A stretch of DNA of 64,000 bases from Escherichia coli (GTDB taxonomy: Bacteria; Pseudomonadota; Gammaproteobacteria; Enterobacterales; Enterobacteriaceae), in the NCBI RefSeq assembly GCF_013122565.1, contig NZ_CP053258.1, one strand, 5' to 3'. Each line of letters begins with the position of its first letter. Position 1 is the first letter of the stretch. Below, piece after piece: positions 42,347 through 56,329 of the stretch. A program made the position numbers and the translations under genes. The notes under the pieces are model-generated. The model made no database searches. It saw only the letters and a list, made by a program, of their open reading frames with translations, and was not told the DNA's origin.

Positions 42347-43864
42347 GTGGTAGCCCATCAACTGAGCGCCGATCACTACGACGCTGGACATAATAAACAG
42401 CAGTCCAAGCAGGGTCGCGCCCACCTTCAGCCAGTTACGGAAGTCCACCCGGCACACACCGAGCGTTGCCATTAACGAAGCTGAGGTTGGGTAAATGATG
42501 TGGCTGAAGCCATCACCAAACTGGAACGCCAGCACGGTAACCTGACGGTTAACACCGACCAGATCGCCAAGCGGTGCCAGTAACGGCATAGTTAACGCCG
42601 CCTGACCAGAACCGGACGTCACGAAGAAATTAAATACTGCCTGGAAGAGCAACATAAACCAGGCCGCGACCGCATTGTCCAGACCGCTAATGGCATTGGC
42701 AATGCTGTTGAGGATGGTATTTAACACGCTGGCATCACCCGCTTCACCATTACCGACCAGCAGCAAAATCCCTTTGGCGAAACCCACCAGCAGGGCAGGG
42801 GCGATCATCATTCGCGCCCCTTCGGTAAAGGATGAAGCCATGGTATTAACCGTCATGCCGTTAAGGCGGAAAACAACGCCGATGATGCCAATCACCAGAC
42901 CCATGGTGAAGAACTGGCTGGCAATTTCAGGAATAAACCAGGCATTAACGATCACGCCCCAAATCACCCAGACCATTACGGCGGTCAGGACAATTAATAC
43001 CAGCCAGTCACCAAAGGTAAACGGACGTTGTTCAACATCCGCCTGCTTTTCACGAAAGAAGCGGTCGGACTCATGCACGCGTGACAGAAGAGGATTCTTT
43101 TTCACACGTGAGGCGTACACCATGGTAAAGATCAGGCCAATCAGAGTGGCGATAACCCACACCACGATGCGCAACCCGGAGCCAGAAAGCACCGGAACGC
43201 CGGCAATCCCCTGAGCAACGACCACACAAAACGGGTTCATCCACGAACTGGCAAAACCGATTTGCGTGGCGATATAGGTCACCAGGACGGTGGTAATACT
43301 GTCATAGCCCAGCCGGACCATTAGCGGTGCGATGATAATGGCAAAGGCGACGGCCTCTTCTCCCATACCAAATACCGCGCCGCCAAGTGAAAACAGGATA
43401 AAGAGCGCAGGAATAAAGAGAATTTCATTCCCACGGGTATGGCGAATAAGCGCCAGGATACCGTTATCAATGGTTCCTGTACGCATCACAATGCCAAACG
43501 CGCCGCCAATCACCAGCATAAACATGATGATGCCAACGGCTGTCCCGTATTTCGATCCTGAGGTTAACCCTTCAAACGGGAAGTTCATCAGGCCCGGGCG
43601 TTCATCGCCCGTCGTGAACAGCTGTACGCGGTGATACTCAGGTTCGCCTGCTTCGTTAGTCAGAATGCGAAATGAGTGTGGATCTACGACTTTGCGTGTT
43701 TTTGTTTGACCATCAACCTGATACTGCACTTCCTGACTGTCAAACATCCCCACCGGAACTACCCAGGTGGCAAGACTGGTTAAAATGGCAACAAAAAAGA
43801 TAATCACCAACGTATCGGGCATTGCCCATCTTCTGGTTGGTTTGGATTCAGTGATTGCGGACAT
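42344..43864 (-). CDS. yfcC: Inner-membrane transporter (YfcC family)
   Basis: Large polytopic membrane ORF; start placed at internal Met (MSAITESKP...) rather than the ORF-track Met at 43885. Confidence 0.8.
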   Translation of the reverse strand: MSAITESKPTRRWAMPDTLVIIFFVAILTSLATWVVPVGMFDSQEVQYQVDGQTKTRKVVDPHSFRILTNEAGEPEYHRVQLFTTGDERPGLMNFPFEGLTSGSKYGTAVGIIMFMLVIGGAFGIVMRTGTIDNGILALIRHTRGNEILFIPALFILFSLGGAVFGMGEEAVAFAIIIAPLMVRLGYDSITTVLVTYIATQIGFASSWMNPFCVVVAQGIAGVPVLSGSGLRIVVWVIATLIGLIFTMVYASRVKKNPLLSRVHESDRFFREKQADVEQRPFTFGDWLVLIVLTAVMVWVIWGVIVNAWFIPEIASQFFTMGLVIGIIGVVFRLNGMTVNTMASSFTEGARMMIAPALLVGFAKGILLLVGNGEAGDASVLNTILNSIANAISGLDNAVAAWFMLLFQAVFNFFVTSGSGQAALTMPLLAPLGDLVGVNRQVTVLAFQFGDGFSHIIYPTSASLMATLGVCRVDFRNWLKVGATLLGLLFIMSSVVVIGAQLMGYH

Positions 43865-43982
43865 AGCGCAAATATTCCCTTGCACAAAACAAAGTGGTAA
43901 GTATGCAAAGTGAGATGGCGCAATTCATTGATGCAGCGCAGTTAAGCAAGATAATCAGAAAGGATTAATGCAAATTAAGAGA

Positions 43983-44012
43983 ATAAAAAACCGGAAATAG
44001 TCACTATTTCCG
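43983..44012 (-). terminator. Hairpin plus T-tract after pta
   Basis: Minus-strand AACCGGAAATAGTGACTATTTCCGGTTTTTT downstream of the pta stop. Confidence 0.65.
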
Positions 44013-44053
44013 GTTCCGATATCCGCAGCGCAAAGCTGCGGATGATGACGAGA

Positions 44054-46198
44054 TTACTGCTGCTGTGCAGACTGAATCGCAGTCAGCGCGATGGTGTAGA
44101 CGATATCGTCAACCAGTGCGCCACGGGACAGGTCGTTAACCGGCTTGCGCATACCCTGCAGCATCGGCCCGATGGAGATCAGGTCGGCAGAACGCTGTAC
44201 CGCTTTGTAGGTGGTGTTACCGGTGTTCAGATCCGGGAAGATGAACACGGTAGCGCGACCTGCAACCGGAGAGTTCGGCGCTTTGGATTTCGCAACGTCA
44301 GCCATTACTGCAGCGTCGTACTGCAGCGGACCGTCGATCATCAGGTCAGGACGTTTTTCCTGCGCCAGACGAGTTGCTTCGCGAACTTTTTCTACATCGC
44401 TACCTGCACCAGAAGTCCCGGTGGAGTAGGAGAGCATAGCAACGCGCGGTTCGATACCGAAGGCCGCAGCGGAATCAGCGGACTGAATCGCGATTTCTGC
44501 CAGCTGTTCTGCGGTCGGATCCGGGTTGATCGCACAGTCACCGTAAACGTAAACCTGTTCCGGCAGCAGCATGAAGAACACGGAAGATACCAGGGAGCTG
44601 CCCGGTGCAGTTTTGATCAGCTGCAGCGGCGGACGGATGGTGTTTGCGGTAGTGTGAACAGCACCGGAAACCAGACCATCAACTTCATCCTGTTCCAGCA
44701 TCAGCGTACCGAGAACCACGTTATCTTCCAGCTGTTCGCGGGCAACGGTTTCGGTCATGCCTTTGTTCTTACGCAGCTCGACCAGACGACCAACATAGCT
44801 TTCGCGAACCACTTCTGGATCAACGATTTCAATGCCTGCACCCAGTTCTACACCCTGAGACGCTGCAACACGATTGATCTCTGCCGGATTACCCAGCAGT
44901 ACGCAAGTTGCGATACCACGTTCAGCACAGATAGCGGCTGCTTTAACGGTACGCGGTTCGTCACCTTCCGGCAGAACGATACGTTTGCCCGCTTTGCGCG
45001 CAAGTTCAGTCAGCTGATAACGGAACGCTGGCGGAGACAGACGACGGCTGCGCTCAGAAGTGGCAGTCAGAGACTCGATCCAGTCAGCGTTGATGTAGTT
45101 AGCAACGTACTCCTGAACTTTCTCGATACGCTCGTGATCGTCAACCGGAACTTCCAGGTTGAAGCTCTGCAGGCTCAGAGAAGTCTGCCAGGTGTTGGTG
45201 TTCACCATAAATACCGGCAGGCCGGTAGCGAAAGCACGTTCGCACAGTTTAGAAATGCGCGCGTCCATTTCGTAGCCGCCAGTCAGCAGCAGGGCACCGA
45301 TTTCTACGCCGTTCATGGCAGCCAGGCAAGCGGCAACCAGCACGTCAGGGCGGTCTGCGGAAGTCACCAGCAGAGAACCGGCACGGAAGTGCTCCAGCAT
45401 GTGCGGAATGCTGCGTGCGCAGAAAGTGACGGATTTAACGCGGCGAGTATTGATGTCGCCTTCGTTGATGATGGTCGCATTCAGGTGGCGAGCCATATCG
45501 ATCGCACGAGTCGCGATCAGGTCAAAGCTCCACGGCACAGCGCCGAGAACCGGCAGCGGGCTGGATTCTTGCAGCTTCGCCGGATCAACATTGTTTACTT
45601 TAGCTTTGGAAGAGTCGTCGAAAATCTCAGACAGATCCGGGCGAGTACGACCCTGTTCATCAACCGGTGCGTTCAGTTTGTTAACGATAACGCCGGTGAT
45701 GTTGGTGTTTTTGGCACCGCCGAAGCTGTTGCGGGTCAGTTCGATACGCTCTTTCAGCTGTTCCGGGGTGTCAGTGCCCTGAGACATAACGAAGACGATT
45801 TCCGCATTCAGCGTTTTAGCGATTTCGTAGTTCAGAGACTGGGCAAACTGGTGCTTACGTGTCGGGACCAGACCTTCAACCAGAACGACTTCAGCGTCTT
45901 TGGTGTTAGCGTGGTAGTTTGCGACGATCTCTTCCATCAGCACATCTTTCTGATTGCTGGAAAGCAGACCTTCAACGTAACTCATTTTCAGCGGTTCAGC
46001 GGCCGTCGTGGTGGAAGAGTTCGCACGCACGATAGTGGTAGTCTGATCGGGCGCATCGCCACCGGTACGCGGCTGAGCGATAGGTTTGAAAACGCTCAGA
46101 CGAACGCCTTTGCGTTCCATTGCACGGATCACGCCAAGGCTGACGCTGGTCAGACCGACGCTGGTTCCGGTAGGGATCAGCATAATAATACGGGACAC
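44054..46198 (-). CDS. pta: Phosphate acetyltransferase
   Basis: 714-aa [25 protein letters not shown]... Confidence 0.95.
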
Positions 46199-46272
46199 GG
46201 TTTATCCTCTTTCGTTACCGCCGATTTGGCGGGTTACAAAACAGCACCGCCAGCTGAGCTGGCGGTGTGAAA

Positions 46273-47475
46273 TCAGGCAGTCAGGCGGCTCGCGTCTTGC
46301 GCGATAACCAGTTCTTCGTTGGTTGGGATAACCACCGCAGGACGGGTACCTTCTTTGTTGATGAAACCAGATTTGCCGAAACGTGCAGCCAGGTTGCGTT
46401 CATGATCAACTTCAAAGCCCAGCACGCCCAGTTTGCCCAGAGACAGTTCACGAACCATCGCGGCATTTTCACCGATACCACCAGTGAATACAACAGCGTC
46501 CAGACGACCATCCATCAGCGCAGTGTAGGCACCGATGTATTTCGCCAAGCGGTGGCAGTAAACGTCCATTGCGCGCTTCGCGTCTTCTTTCGTCGCGTAG
46601 TTGTCTTCAACATAGCGGCAGTCGCTGGTCACTTCGGTCAGACCCAGCAGGCCAGACTCTTTGGTCAGCAGTTTGTTGATTGCGTCAACGCTCATGCCCA
46701 GGGTGTCGTGCAGGTGGAAGATGATCGCCGGATCGATATCACCAGAACGGGTACCCATGACCAGACCTTCCAGCGGGGTCAGGCCCATAGAGGTGTCAAC
46801 GCATTTACCGTTGCGGATAGCAGAAACGGAACCACCATTGCCCAGGTGGCAGGTGATGATGTTCAGTTCTTCTACCGGTTTGTTCAGCATTTTTGCCGCT
46901 TCCTGGGTTACATAGAAGTGGCTGGTGCCGTGCGCGCCGTAACGACGGATGCCGTGCTCTTTGTACAGGTTGTACGGCAGGGCATAGAGGTAAGACTCTT
47001 CCGGCATAGTCTGGTGGAACGCGGTGTCAAATACAGCAACGTTTTTGTCTTTCAGCTGCGGGAAAGATTTCAGAGCTTCTTCGATACCGATCAGGTGAGC
47101 CGGGTTGTGCAGCGGTGCAAAAGAAGCTGCATCTTTGATACCCTGAATAACAGACTCATCGATCACTACGGAGCTGGTATACTTTTCGCCGCCGTGTACG
47201 ATACGGTGACCGATAGCAGTCAGCTGCGCAGACAGTTCTGGTTTTTGTGCCAGAATAGTATTAACGATAAAGTTGAGCGCTTCGCTGTGAGCGGCGCCTG
47301 CACCTAAAGCCGCTTCCTGTTTATTGCCGTCCATTTTCCATTTGATACGTGCTTCGGGCAGGTGGAAACATTCGGCTAAACCAGAAAGGTACTCTTCACC
47401 ATTTACTGCATCGATGATGGCAAATTTCAGTGAAGAACTACCGCAGTTCAGAACCAGTACTAACTTACTCGACAT
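46273..47475 (-). CDS. ackA: Acetate kinase
   Basis: 400-aa [23 protein letters not shown]...; upstream of pta in the same operon. Confidence 0.95.
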   Translation of the reverse strand: MSSKLVLVLNCGSSSLKFAIIDAVNGEEYLSGLAECFHLPEARIKWKMDGNKQEAALGAGAAHSEALNFIVNTILAQKPELSAQLTAIGHRIVHGGEKYTSSVVIDESVIQGIKDAASFAPLHNPAHLIGIEEALKSFPQLKDKNVAVFDTAFHQTMPEESYLYALPYNLYKEHGIRRYGAHGTSHFYVTQEAAKMLNKPVEELNIITCHLGNGGSVSAIRNGKCVDTSMGLTPLEGLVMGTRSGDIDPAIIFHLHDTLGMSVDAINKLLTKESGLLGLTEVTSDCRYVEDNYATKEDAKRAMDVYCHRLAKYIGAYTALMDGRLDAVVFTGGIGENAAMVRELSLGKLGVLGFEVDHERNLAARFGKSGFINKEGTRPAVVIPTNEELVIAQDASRLTA

Positions 47476-47812
47476 GGAAGTACCTATAATTGATACGTGG
47501 CTAAAAAAACGTCAGGGAGCCATAGAGCGTAGCGCATGATGACACCGACATTTATGATTAACATCATGCACTGCAAATTTTTTTTGCATGATGGAAGAAA
47601 TATCTTGAGTCTATGCCATTTTGCGTAATTTTCAGCCAATGGCATAATGTATATGAATTTGACGACTCAATGAATATGTACTACTTAGGCCTTCAGGCTG
47701 CTAAAGGATACCTGATAGTGGGTATGGAAGACAAAATGTTTTGAACGTTGTCCCGCTGAGTTGTGAATTTGCACAAATTTTTGAATCTTTATATGTGAAG
47801 TTGAGGTGAAGC

Positions 47813-48268
47813 ATGTCAACGCCGGATAATCGTTCTGTTAATTTTTTTAGCTTGTTTCGCCGGGGACAGCATTACTCAAAGACGTGGCCGCTGGAAAAAC
47901 GCCTTGCCCCGGTCTTTGTCGAAAATCGCGTTATCAAGATGACGCGTTATGCGATCCGTTTTATGCCGCCGATCGCCGTATTTACTCTCTGCTGGCAGAT
48001 TGCCCTGGGCGGTCAGCTTGGGCCGGCAGTTGCCACTGCGCTGTTCGCCTTAAGTTTACCCATGCAGGGATTGTGGTGGCTGGGCAAGCGTTCTGTCACG
48101 CCATTACCCCCTGCAATCCTCAACTGGTTTTATGAAGTTCGCGGTAAATTACAGGAGTCTGGACAGGTGTTGGCACCCGTTGAAGGCAAGCCTGATTACC
48201 AGGCATTAGCTGACACGCTTAAGCGTGCCTTCAAACAACTGGATAAAACTTTCCTTGATGATTTGTAA
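47813..48268 (+). CDS. yfbV: UPF0208 inner-membrane protein
   Basis: 151-aa ORF divergent from ackA. Confidence 0.8.
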
Positions 48269-48272
48269 TTGA

Positions 48273-48845
<573 letters not shown>

Positions 48846-48855
48846 GGAGGCCCGC

Positions 48856-49506
48856 GTGCGGTGCAAAGGTTTTCTGTTTGATCTTGATGGAACGCTGGTG
48901 GATTCCCTGCCTGCGGTAGAACGGGCGTGGAGCAACTGGGCCAGACGTCATGGGTTAGCGCCGGAAGAGGTGCTGGCTTTCATTCACGGTAAACAGGCGA
49001 TCACCTCTCTGCGCCATTTTATGGCGGGCAAATCCGAGGCAGACATTGCCGCCGAGTTTACGCGTCTGGAGCACATCGAGGCCACGGAAACCGAAGGTAT
49101 TACCGCGCTTCCCGGGGCAATCGCCTTACTCAATCATTTGAATAAAGCAGGTATTCCGTGGGCCATTGTGACTTCTGGCTCCATGCCGGTAGCGCGAGCG
49201 CGCCATAAAATAGCGGGGCTTCCCGCACCAGAGGTGTTTGTAACCGCTGAGCGAGTGAAGCGCGGAAAACCAGAACCTGATGCGTATCTGTTAGGCGCGC
49301 AGCTGCTGGGGCTTGCGCCGCAGGAGTGTGTGGTGGTGGAAGATGCTCCTGCTGGCGTGCTTTCTGGCCTGGCGGCGGGTTGCCATGTCATTGCGGTTAA
49401 CGCTCCGGCAGATACCCCACGCCTGAATGAGGTCGATTTGGTCCTCCACAGTCTGGAGCAAATTACTGTGACCAAACAGCCAAATGGCGATGTTATTATT
49501 CAGTGA
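48856..49506 (+). CDS. yfbT: HAD-family sugar phosphatase
   Basis: 216-aa ORF with HAD motif I FDLDGTLVDS; GTG start. Confidence 0.8.
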   Translation: MRCKGFLFDLDGTLVDSLPAVERAWSNWARRHGLAPEEVLAFIHGKQAITSLRHFMAGKSEADIAAEFTRLEHIEATETEGITALPGAIALLNHLNKAGIPWAIVTSGSMPVARARHKIAGLPAPEVFVTAERVKRGKPEPDAYLLGAQLLGLAPQECVVVEDAPAGVLSGLAAGCHVIAVNAPADTPRLNEVDLVLHSLEQITVTKQPNGDVIIQ

Positions 49507-49524
49507 AACACCTGATCATGATTT

Positions 49525-49550
49525 AGCCCCGTCTCGTCGGGGCTTTTTTA
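49525..49550 (+). terminator. Hairpin plus T-tract after yfbT
   Basis: AGCCCCG-tctcgt-CGGGGCT followed by TTTTTT. Confidence 0.7.
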
Positions 49551-49592
49551 TGGCAGAATCAAGTCATCCCCCTCAATTAACAAGGATAAGTT

Positions 49593-51425
49593 GTGAACGG
49601 TGAATTGATTTGGGTTCTTTCATTACTGGCCGTTGCCATCGTCTTGTTTGCGACGGGCAGAGTGCGTATGGATGCGGTCGCTTTGTTTGTTATTGTCGCG
49701 TTTGCATTAAGCGGAACGCTGACGGTCCCCGAAGTATTTTCCGGCTTTTCTGATCCTAACGTTGTCCTGATTGCCGCCTTGTTTATTATTGGCGATGGTT
49801 TGGTCCGTACCGGTGTTGCCACCGTAATGGGAACATGGCTGGTCAAAGTGGCGGGCAACAGTGAAATCAAAATGTTGGTTTTGTTGATGCTGACCGTCGC
49901 GGGGCTTGGCGCGTTTATGAGTTCAACCGGCGTTGTCGCTATCTTTATTCCCGTGGTGTTAAGCGTTGCCATGCGTATGCAAACTTCGCCGTCGCGCCTG
50001 ATGATGCCGTTGAGTTTTGCCGGGCTGATAAGCGGCATGATGACGCTGGTGGCGACGCCGCCAAACCTTGTAGTCAACAGTGAATTGCTGCGTGAAGGCT
50101 ATCATGGTTTTAGTTTCTTTAGCGTAACACCTATTGGCCTGGTCGTGCTGGTGCTGGGTATTTTGTATATGTTAGTGATGCGTTTCATGCTGAAAGGGGA
50201 TACCCAGACCCCGCAGCGCGAAGGCTGGACGCGTCGAACCTTTCGCGATCTTATCCGTGAATATCGACTGACCGGGCGTGCGCGACGTCTGGCTATTCGC
50301 CCCGGATCGCCAATGATTGGTCAACGGCTGGACGATCTCAAATTACGTGAGCGTTATGGCGCTAACGTCATCGGTGTTGAACGCTGGCGGCGTTTTCGTC
50401 GCGTTATCGTGAACGTTAATGGGGTTTCTGAATTTCGCGCGCGTGACGTTTTGCTTATTGATATGTCTGCGGCTGATGTCGATCTCCGGCAATTTTGTAG
50501 TGAGCAATTGCTGGAGCCGATGGTACTGCGCGGCGAGTATTTTTCTGACCAGGCCCTTGATGTGGGTATGGCAGAGATTTCATTAATTCCTGAGTCAGAA
50601 CTGATTGGTAAATCGGTGCGCGAAATTGGTTTTCGTACCCGCTACGGACTGAATGTGGTGGGGCTAAAGCGCAATGGCGTGGCGCTGGAAGGTTCGCTGG
50701 CGGATGAGCCTCTGCTGCTGGGCGATATCATCCTGGTTGTGGGTAACTGGAAACTGATCGGTATGCTGGCCAAACAGGGCCGCGACTTCGTAGCGCTGAA
50801 CTTACCGGAAGAGGTGAGTGAAGCATCGCCCGCGCACAGCCAGGCCCCCCATGCCATTTTCTGTCTGGTGCTAATGGTGGCGTTAATGCTGACCGATGAA
50901 ATTCCTAATCCTGTTGCCGCTATCATCGCCTGCCTGCTGATGGGGAAATTCCGCTGTATAGATGCTGAAAGCGCCTATAAATCCATTCACTGGCCGAGCA
51001 TTATTTTGATCGTTGGGATGATGCCGTTTGCTGTGGCATTACAGAAAACGGGAGGTGTCGCGCTGGCGGTGAAAGGGCTGATGGACATTGGCGGCGGTTA
51101 CGGGCCACATATGATGCTGGGTTGTTTGTTTGTCTTGTCGGCGGTTATTGGGCTGTTTATCTCTAATACCGCGACGGCGGTGTTGATGGCTCCGATTGCG
51201 CTGGCTGCTGCCAAAACGATGGGTGTGTCGCCTTATCCGTTCGCGATGGTCGTGGCGATGGCAGCATCCGCCGCCTTTATGACGCCGGTTTCTTCACCTG
51301 TTAACACACTGGTTTTAGGTCCGGGAAATTACAGCTTCAGTGACTTTGTGAAGTTGGGGGTACCGTTCACCATTATCGTGATGGCGGTTTGTGTGGTGAT
51401 GATCCCGATGCTGTTTCCGTTTTGA
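49593..51425 (+). CDS. yfbS: SLC13/DASS-type anion transporter with central TrkA-C (RCK_C) domains
   Basis: 610-aa ORF with two membrane halves separated by a soluble region; GTG start. Confidence 0.85.
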
Positions 51426-51436
51426 CAAGAGTCTGA

Positions 51437-51470
51437 TGTCGCATCCGGCACTTATTGCCTGATGCGACGC
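51437..51470. repeat. REP-like palindromic unit between yfbS and yfbR
   Basis: GATGTCGCATCCGGCACTTATTGCCTGATGCGACGC. Confidence 0.6.
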
Positions 51471-51483
51471 AGACTCCGGATGC

Positions 51484-52083
51484 TTACAGCGGTGAATCCT
51501 GGCTAATCTCATCGAGCGAAAGATGGAAGCTGGGAACAAATACTTCCATGAAGTAGTCCATCTCCTGGCTGCGACGCGCTTCAAGCGTCGCTTCCAGTCG
51601 CGTTTTTGCCAGCAAGAATTCATTATTTCCGGCCGCGAGTTCTTCCAGACATTTCAGATATGCACACAGTGCATCTGCCTGTTTCACCAGCGATTTTTCT
51701 TCATCGCTATATGCATGCTCGTCAATTAACGGCGCAAAGATATCCTGCAGCTCTTCCGGAACCATATCGACCAGTTTTTGCTGAGCGATTTTTTCAATAG
51801 CCTTGTACTCCTGAGCGATTTGCGAATTGAAGTATTTCACCGGAGTAGGGAGATCGCCGGTGAGCACTTCTGAGGCATCGTGGTACATCGCCAGTAAAGC
51901 GATACGTTCGGCGTTGACATTACCGCCAAATTTACGATTTTTGATAGCGGCCAGCGCATGGGCGACCATCGCTACCTGCAAACTGTGTTCGGACACATTT
52001 TCCGTCCGCACGTTGCGCATTAGCGGCCAGCGGTTAATGAGTTTCAGGCGGGAGAGATGGGCAAAAAAATGGCTCTGTTTCAT
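51484..52083 (-). CDS. yfbR: 5'-deoxynucleotidase (HD domain)
   Basis: 199-aa ORF with HD motif (AMYHDASE). Confidence 0.9.
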   Translation of the reverse strand: MKQSHFFAHLSRLKLINRWPLMRNVRTENVSEHSLQVAMVAHALAAIKNRKFGGNVNAERIALLAMYHDASEVLTGDLPTPVKYFNSQIAQEYKAIEKIAQQKLVDMVPEELQDIFAPLIDEHAYSDEEKSLVKQADALCAYLKCLEELAAGNNEFLLAKTRLEATLEARRSQEMDYFMEVFVPSFHLSLDEISQDSPL

Positions 52084-52166
52084 AGTGACCTTACGTATGA
52101 TGACATCATCAGGTCATTGTGGCGGCATAACACTGCCGGATGCAATCTCCGGCAGTGAAATTAAGA

Positions 52167-53384
52167 TTACAGCTGATGATAACCAGAAAGGAAACGCGCG
52201 AACTTGCTCAAAGACAGCTCGATATCATCGACACGCGGTAGCGTGACAATGCGGAAGTGATCCGGCCACGGCCAGTTGAATGCCGTCCCTTGCACCAACA
52301 GAACTTTTTCCTGCAACAGGAAATCCAACACCATTTTCTGATCGTCGTGAATGTTAAAGCGTTTGGCGTCGATTTTCGGGAACATATACAGCGCACCACG
52401 AGGTTTCACGCAGGAAACGCCCGGAATATCGTTGATCAATTCCCATGCGCGGTTACGCTGCTCATAAAGACGACCGCCAGGGGTAATAAATTCACTGATG
52501 CTCTGATAACCACCCAGCGCGGTCTGAATGGCGTGTTGCGCAGGAACGTTAGCACACAGGCGCATTGAAGCCAGCATTTCCAGACCTTCGATGTAGCCTT
52601 TGGCGTGTTTTTTCGGCCCGTTCAACACCATCCACCCCTGACGGAAGCCTGCAACGCGGTACGTTTTCGACAGGCCGTTAAAGGTAATGGTCAGCAGGTC
52701 AGGTGCCAACGGCGCAATTGAGTGATGCTCAGCGTCGTCGTAGAGAATTTTGTCATAAATTTCATCGGCGAAGATAATGAGATTATGCTGACGTGCAATC
52801 TCCACAATCTCCATTAAAAGCTCTTTGGAATATACCGCGCCGGTTGGGTTATTTGGGTTGATAATAACAATCCCACGCGTACGAGGCGTAATTTTAGCGC
52901 GAATATCATCGAGGTCCGGGAACCAGTCAGAGGATTCATCGCAAAGATAATGTACTGCTTTACCGCTGGAGAGCGAAACCGCCGCGGTCCATAGTGGGTA
53001 ATCAGGTGCAGGAACTAACATTTCGTCCCCGCTGTTCAGCAATGCCTGCATTGCCTGAACGATAAGCTCCGATACACCATTGCCGATGTAAATATCTTCC
53101 ACGGTAACATCACGCATGCCACGAGCCTGGTAGTGCTGCATGATGGCTTTACGCGCGGAGTAAAGCCCTTTGGAATCGCAATACCCTTGAGCGGTAGGCA
53201 GGTTGCGTATCACATCAACGAGGATTTCATCTGGCGCGTCAAAACCGAATGGGGCTGGGTTGCCGATGTTCAGTTTCAGTACCTTGTTACCTTCTTCTTC
53301 CAGGCGTTTTGCTTCTTTCAGCACCGGACCACGGATGTCATAACAGACATTCTCTAATTTGCTGGATTTTTCAATGGGGGACAT
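52167..53384 (-). CDS. alaA: Glutamate-pyruvate aminotransferase
   Basis: 405-aa PLP-dependent aminotransferase ORF MSPIEKSSKLENVCYDIRGP... Confidence 0.9.
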   Translation of the reverse strand: MSPIEKSSKLENVCYDIRGPVLKEAKRLEEEGNKVLKLNIGNPAPFGFDAPDEILVDVIRNLPTAQGYCDSKGLYSARKAIMQHYQARGMRDVTVEDIYIGNGVSELIVQAMQALLNSGDEMLVPAPDYPLWTAAVSLSSGKAVHYLCDESSDWFPDLDDIRAKITPRTRGIVIINPNNPTGAVYSKELLMEIVEIARQHNLIIFADEIYDKILYDDAEHHSIAPLAPDLLTITFNGLSKTYRVAGFRQGWMVLNGPKKHAKGYIEGLEMLASMRLCANVPAQHAIQTALGGYQSISEFITPGGRLYEQRNRAWELINDIPGVSCVKPRGALYMFPKIDAKRFNIHDDQKMVLDFLLQEKVLLVQGTAFNWPWPDHFRIVTLPRVDDIELSLSKFARFLSGYHQL

Positions 53385-54299
53385 GAATCTTGACCTTTTT
53401 TGCTGTTATCGCCACTCCCTGCCGTGGAAGTCAGCTTAGAACAATGTACTCCCCCAGGACGGTGTTTTGAAGGTCTGCAGAATAAGATTTTGCCAGAGGG
53501 GAAAGCTCGATTGTGCTGTTAATAACTTAATAATGGTAAAATAATGAGGTGTATATGCTTAATAAGTAATGTTATATAGTGAATTATTCTGATTGTTAAT
53601 TGTAAATGTGGTTTTTTTATCTGTAAGATAATTGTGTGAAAATGCCTCGTTTAAGAATTCACTACTGAATCGCGATGATGATATTTCCGCATTACGGAGA
53701 GTTTAACAGCGTGATGATTTCCGAGGTGTCGCAATGGGTTAAGGTGTGAAACTATTGTTAAGCGGAATTAATGAATGAGGATGATGCTAATTAATTATTA
53801 TTTAATATTCAAAAAGGTTTTGTTGTGCTTATTAATAATAGAAGATTACTTTGCCTAACATAACATAACTTTGCATCAGATAATTCGCAATGACCCTTAT
53901 AAATAAAAGGTTTTTGGGGTAAAATGCTCGGATAAATGACGGATCCCTGCTCTTGATGCCGCCTCACCATTGCTGTTTGTACGTGTTCGCGTATGACCAG
54001 CGATGCTGCACGAGAGTGGAACAAGGACTTACATTTACATTTATACAAACACGCGCATGTCATAAATAGAAAAGAGTGAGTAACTTAATAGATATGCGAT
54101 CCCTGAAGATATATTCTGTGGTCTACTTCAGGCATTATAACGGAACAATGTGAGTCGCTTTTTTAGTGCAACTCATATGCATTTTTACTTTCGTCCGGGT
54201 TCCGGATGAAACTGCCAGGGAGGCACATTACAAATGGAATTGCTTGTTTGTGTGTGCACAGCATTAACCAGCTCAGTATGAGCCGCCAGTAAGTGATAA

Positions 54300-55241
<942 letters not shown>

Positions 55242-55285
55242 TCGACGAACCATAGATAATTCCTGGAACAATAGTGTAAAAACGA

Positions 55286-55323
55286 GCCGCTGGGGGTGTT
55301 TTATACCCCAGCGGCTTTTTTTT
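55286..55323 (+). terminator. Hairpin plus T-tract after lrhA
   Basis: GCCGCTGGGG-tgttttata-CCCCAGCGGC followed by TTTTTTTT. Confidence 0.75.
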
Positions 55324-55870
55324 AGTAAAAATCCTTCCTCGCATAGTGCAGAACGTACAAAACTGTTCATTTTTCAATCACCAGAGATTCACACCCCGTA
55401 CGCACAAATAATCGCTTGAAAAAAATCACCTGCTACAATGATGTTAAAAAATACGTAAATTTGTTGCTGCGTTTTTGTTATGGAATGACAAAAGCGTGTC
55501 ACAGATCAAGAAAATACTCTCTTTTGGGGGGAGGAATCGACACAAATTCCTGTCAAAATAGACCCGTATTTTTTCCATTGCTTCACAACGGACACGATTC
55601 AACAACATCTAATTATCCTGGAGTCGTCAAGGATCTGGGATGAAAGGGCATTAAATGCTAATGCTGTTGATATTATGTAAACTAATGTGAAGAAACTTTT
55701 GTTAAAGTTGACAAAAGGTTATAGAAAGGAGTAAAAGACCACATCAATTAGCTGTATAAAAGAGTTTCTACAGTAATTGTAAGGTTTTTTTTATTCCTCC
55801 CCATGAATCGATGTGGCGTCCATCTGCCGTGAAGAGCAGTGAATCTGGCGCTACTTTTGATGAGTAAGCA

Positions 55871-56314
55871 ATGAGTATGTCAACATCCACTGAAGTCATC
55901 GCTCATCACTGGGCATTCGCTATCTTTCTTATCGTTGCCATTGGCCTGTGTTGCCTGATGCTGGTAGGCGGTTGGTTTTTAGGCGGTCGCGCACGCGCGA
56001 GGTCGAAAAACGTGCCGTTTGAATCCGGTATCGACTCGGTCGGCTCCGCCCGCTTACGCCTGTCCGCCAAGTTTTATCTGGTGGCCATGTTCTTCGTTAT
56101 CTTCGACGTTGAAGCGCTGTATCTGTTCGCATGGTCAACCTCTATCCGCGAAAGCGGCTGGGTAGGCTTTGTGGAAGCTGCAATTTTTATTTTTGTGTTA
56201 CTGGCAGGTCTGGTTTATCTGGTGCGTATTGGCGCGCTGGACTGGACGCCCGCGCGTTCACGCCGCGAGCGTATGAACCCGGAAACGAACAGTATCGCTA
56301 ATCGTCAACGCTAA
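55871..56314 (+). CDS. nuoA: NADH:quinone oxidoreductase subunit A
   Basis: 147-aa membrane ORF, first gene of the nuo operon. Confidence 0.95.
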
Positions 56315-56329
56315 CCGCGAGGCATTAAG

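Noticed and set aside
44042-46270. 742-aa ORF on the plus strand
   Set aside because: Entirely antisense to pta, with low-complexity Arg/Val/Gly-rich composition typical of reverse-frame artefacts in GC-rich genes.
46267-47307. 346-aa ORF on the plus strand
   Set aside because: Antisense shadow of ackA.
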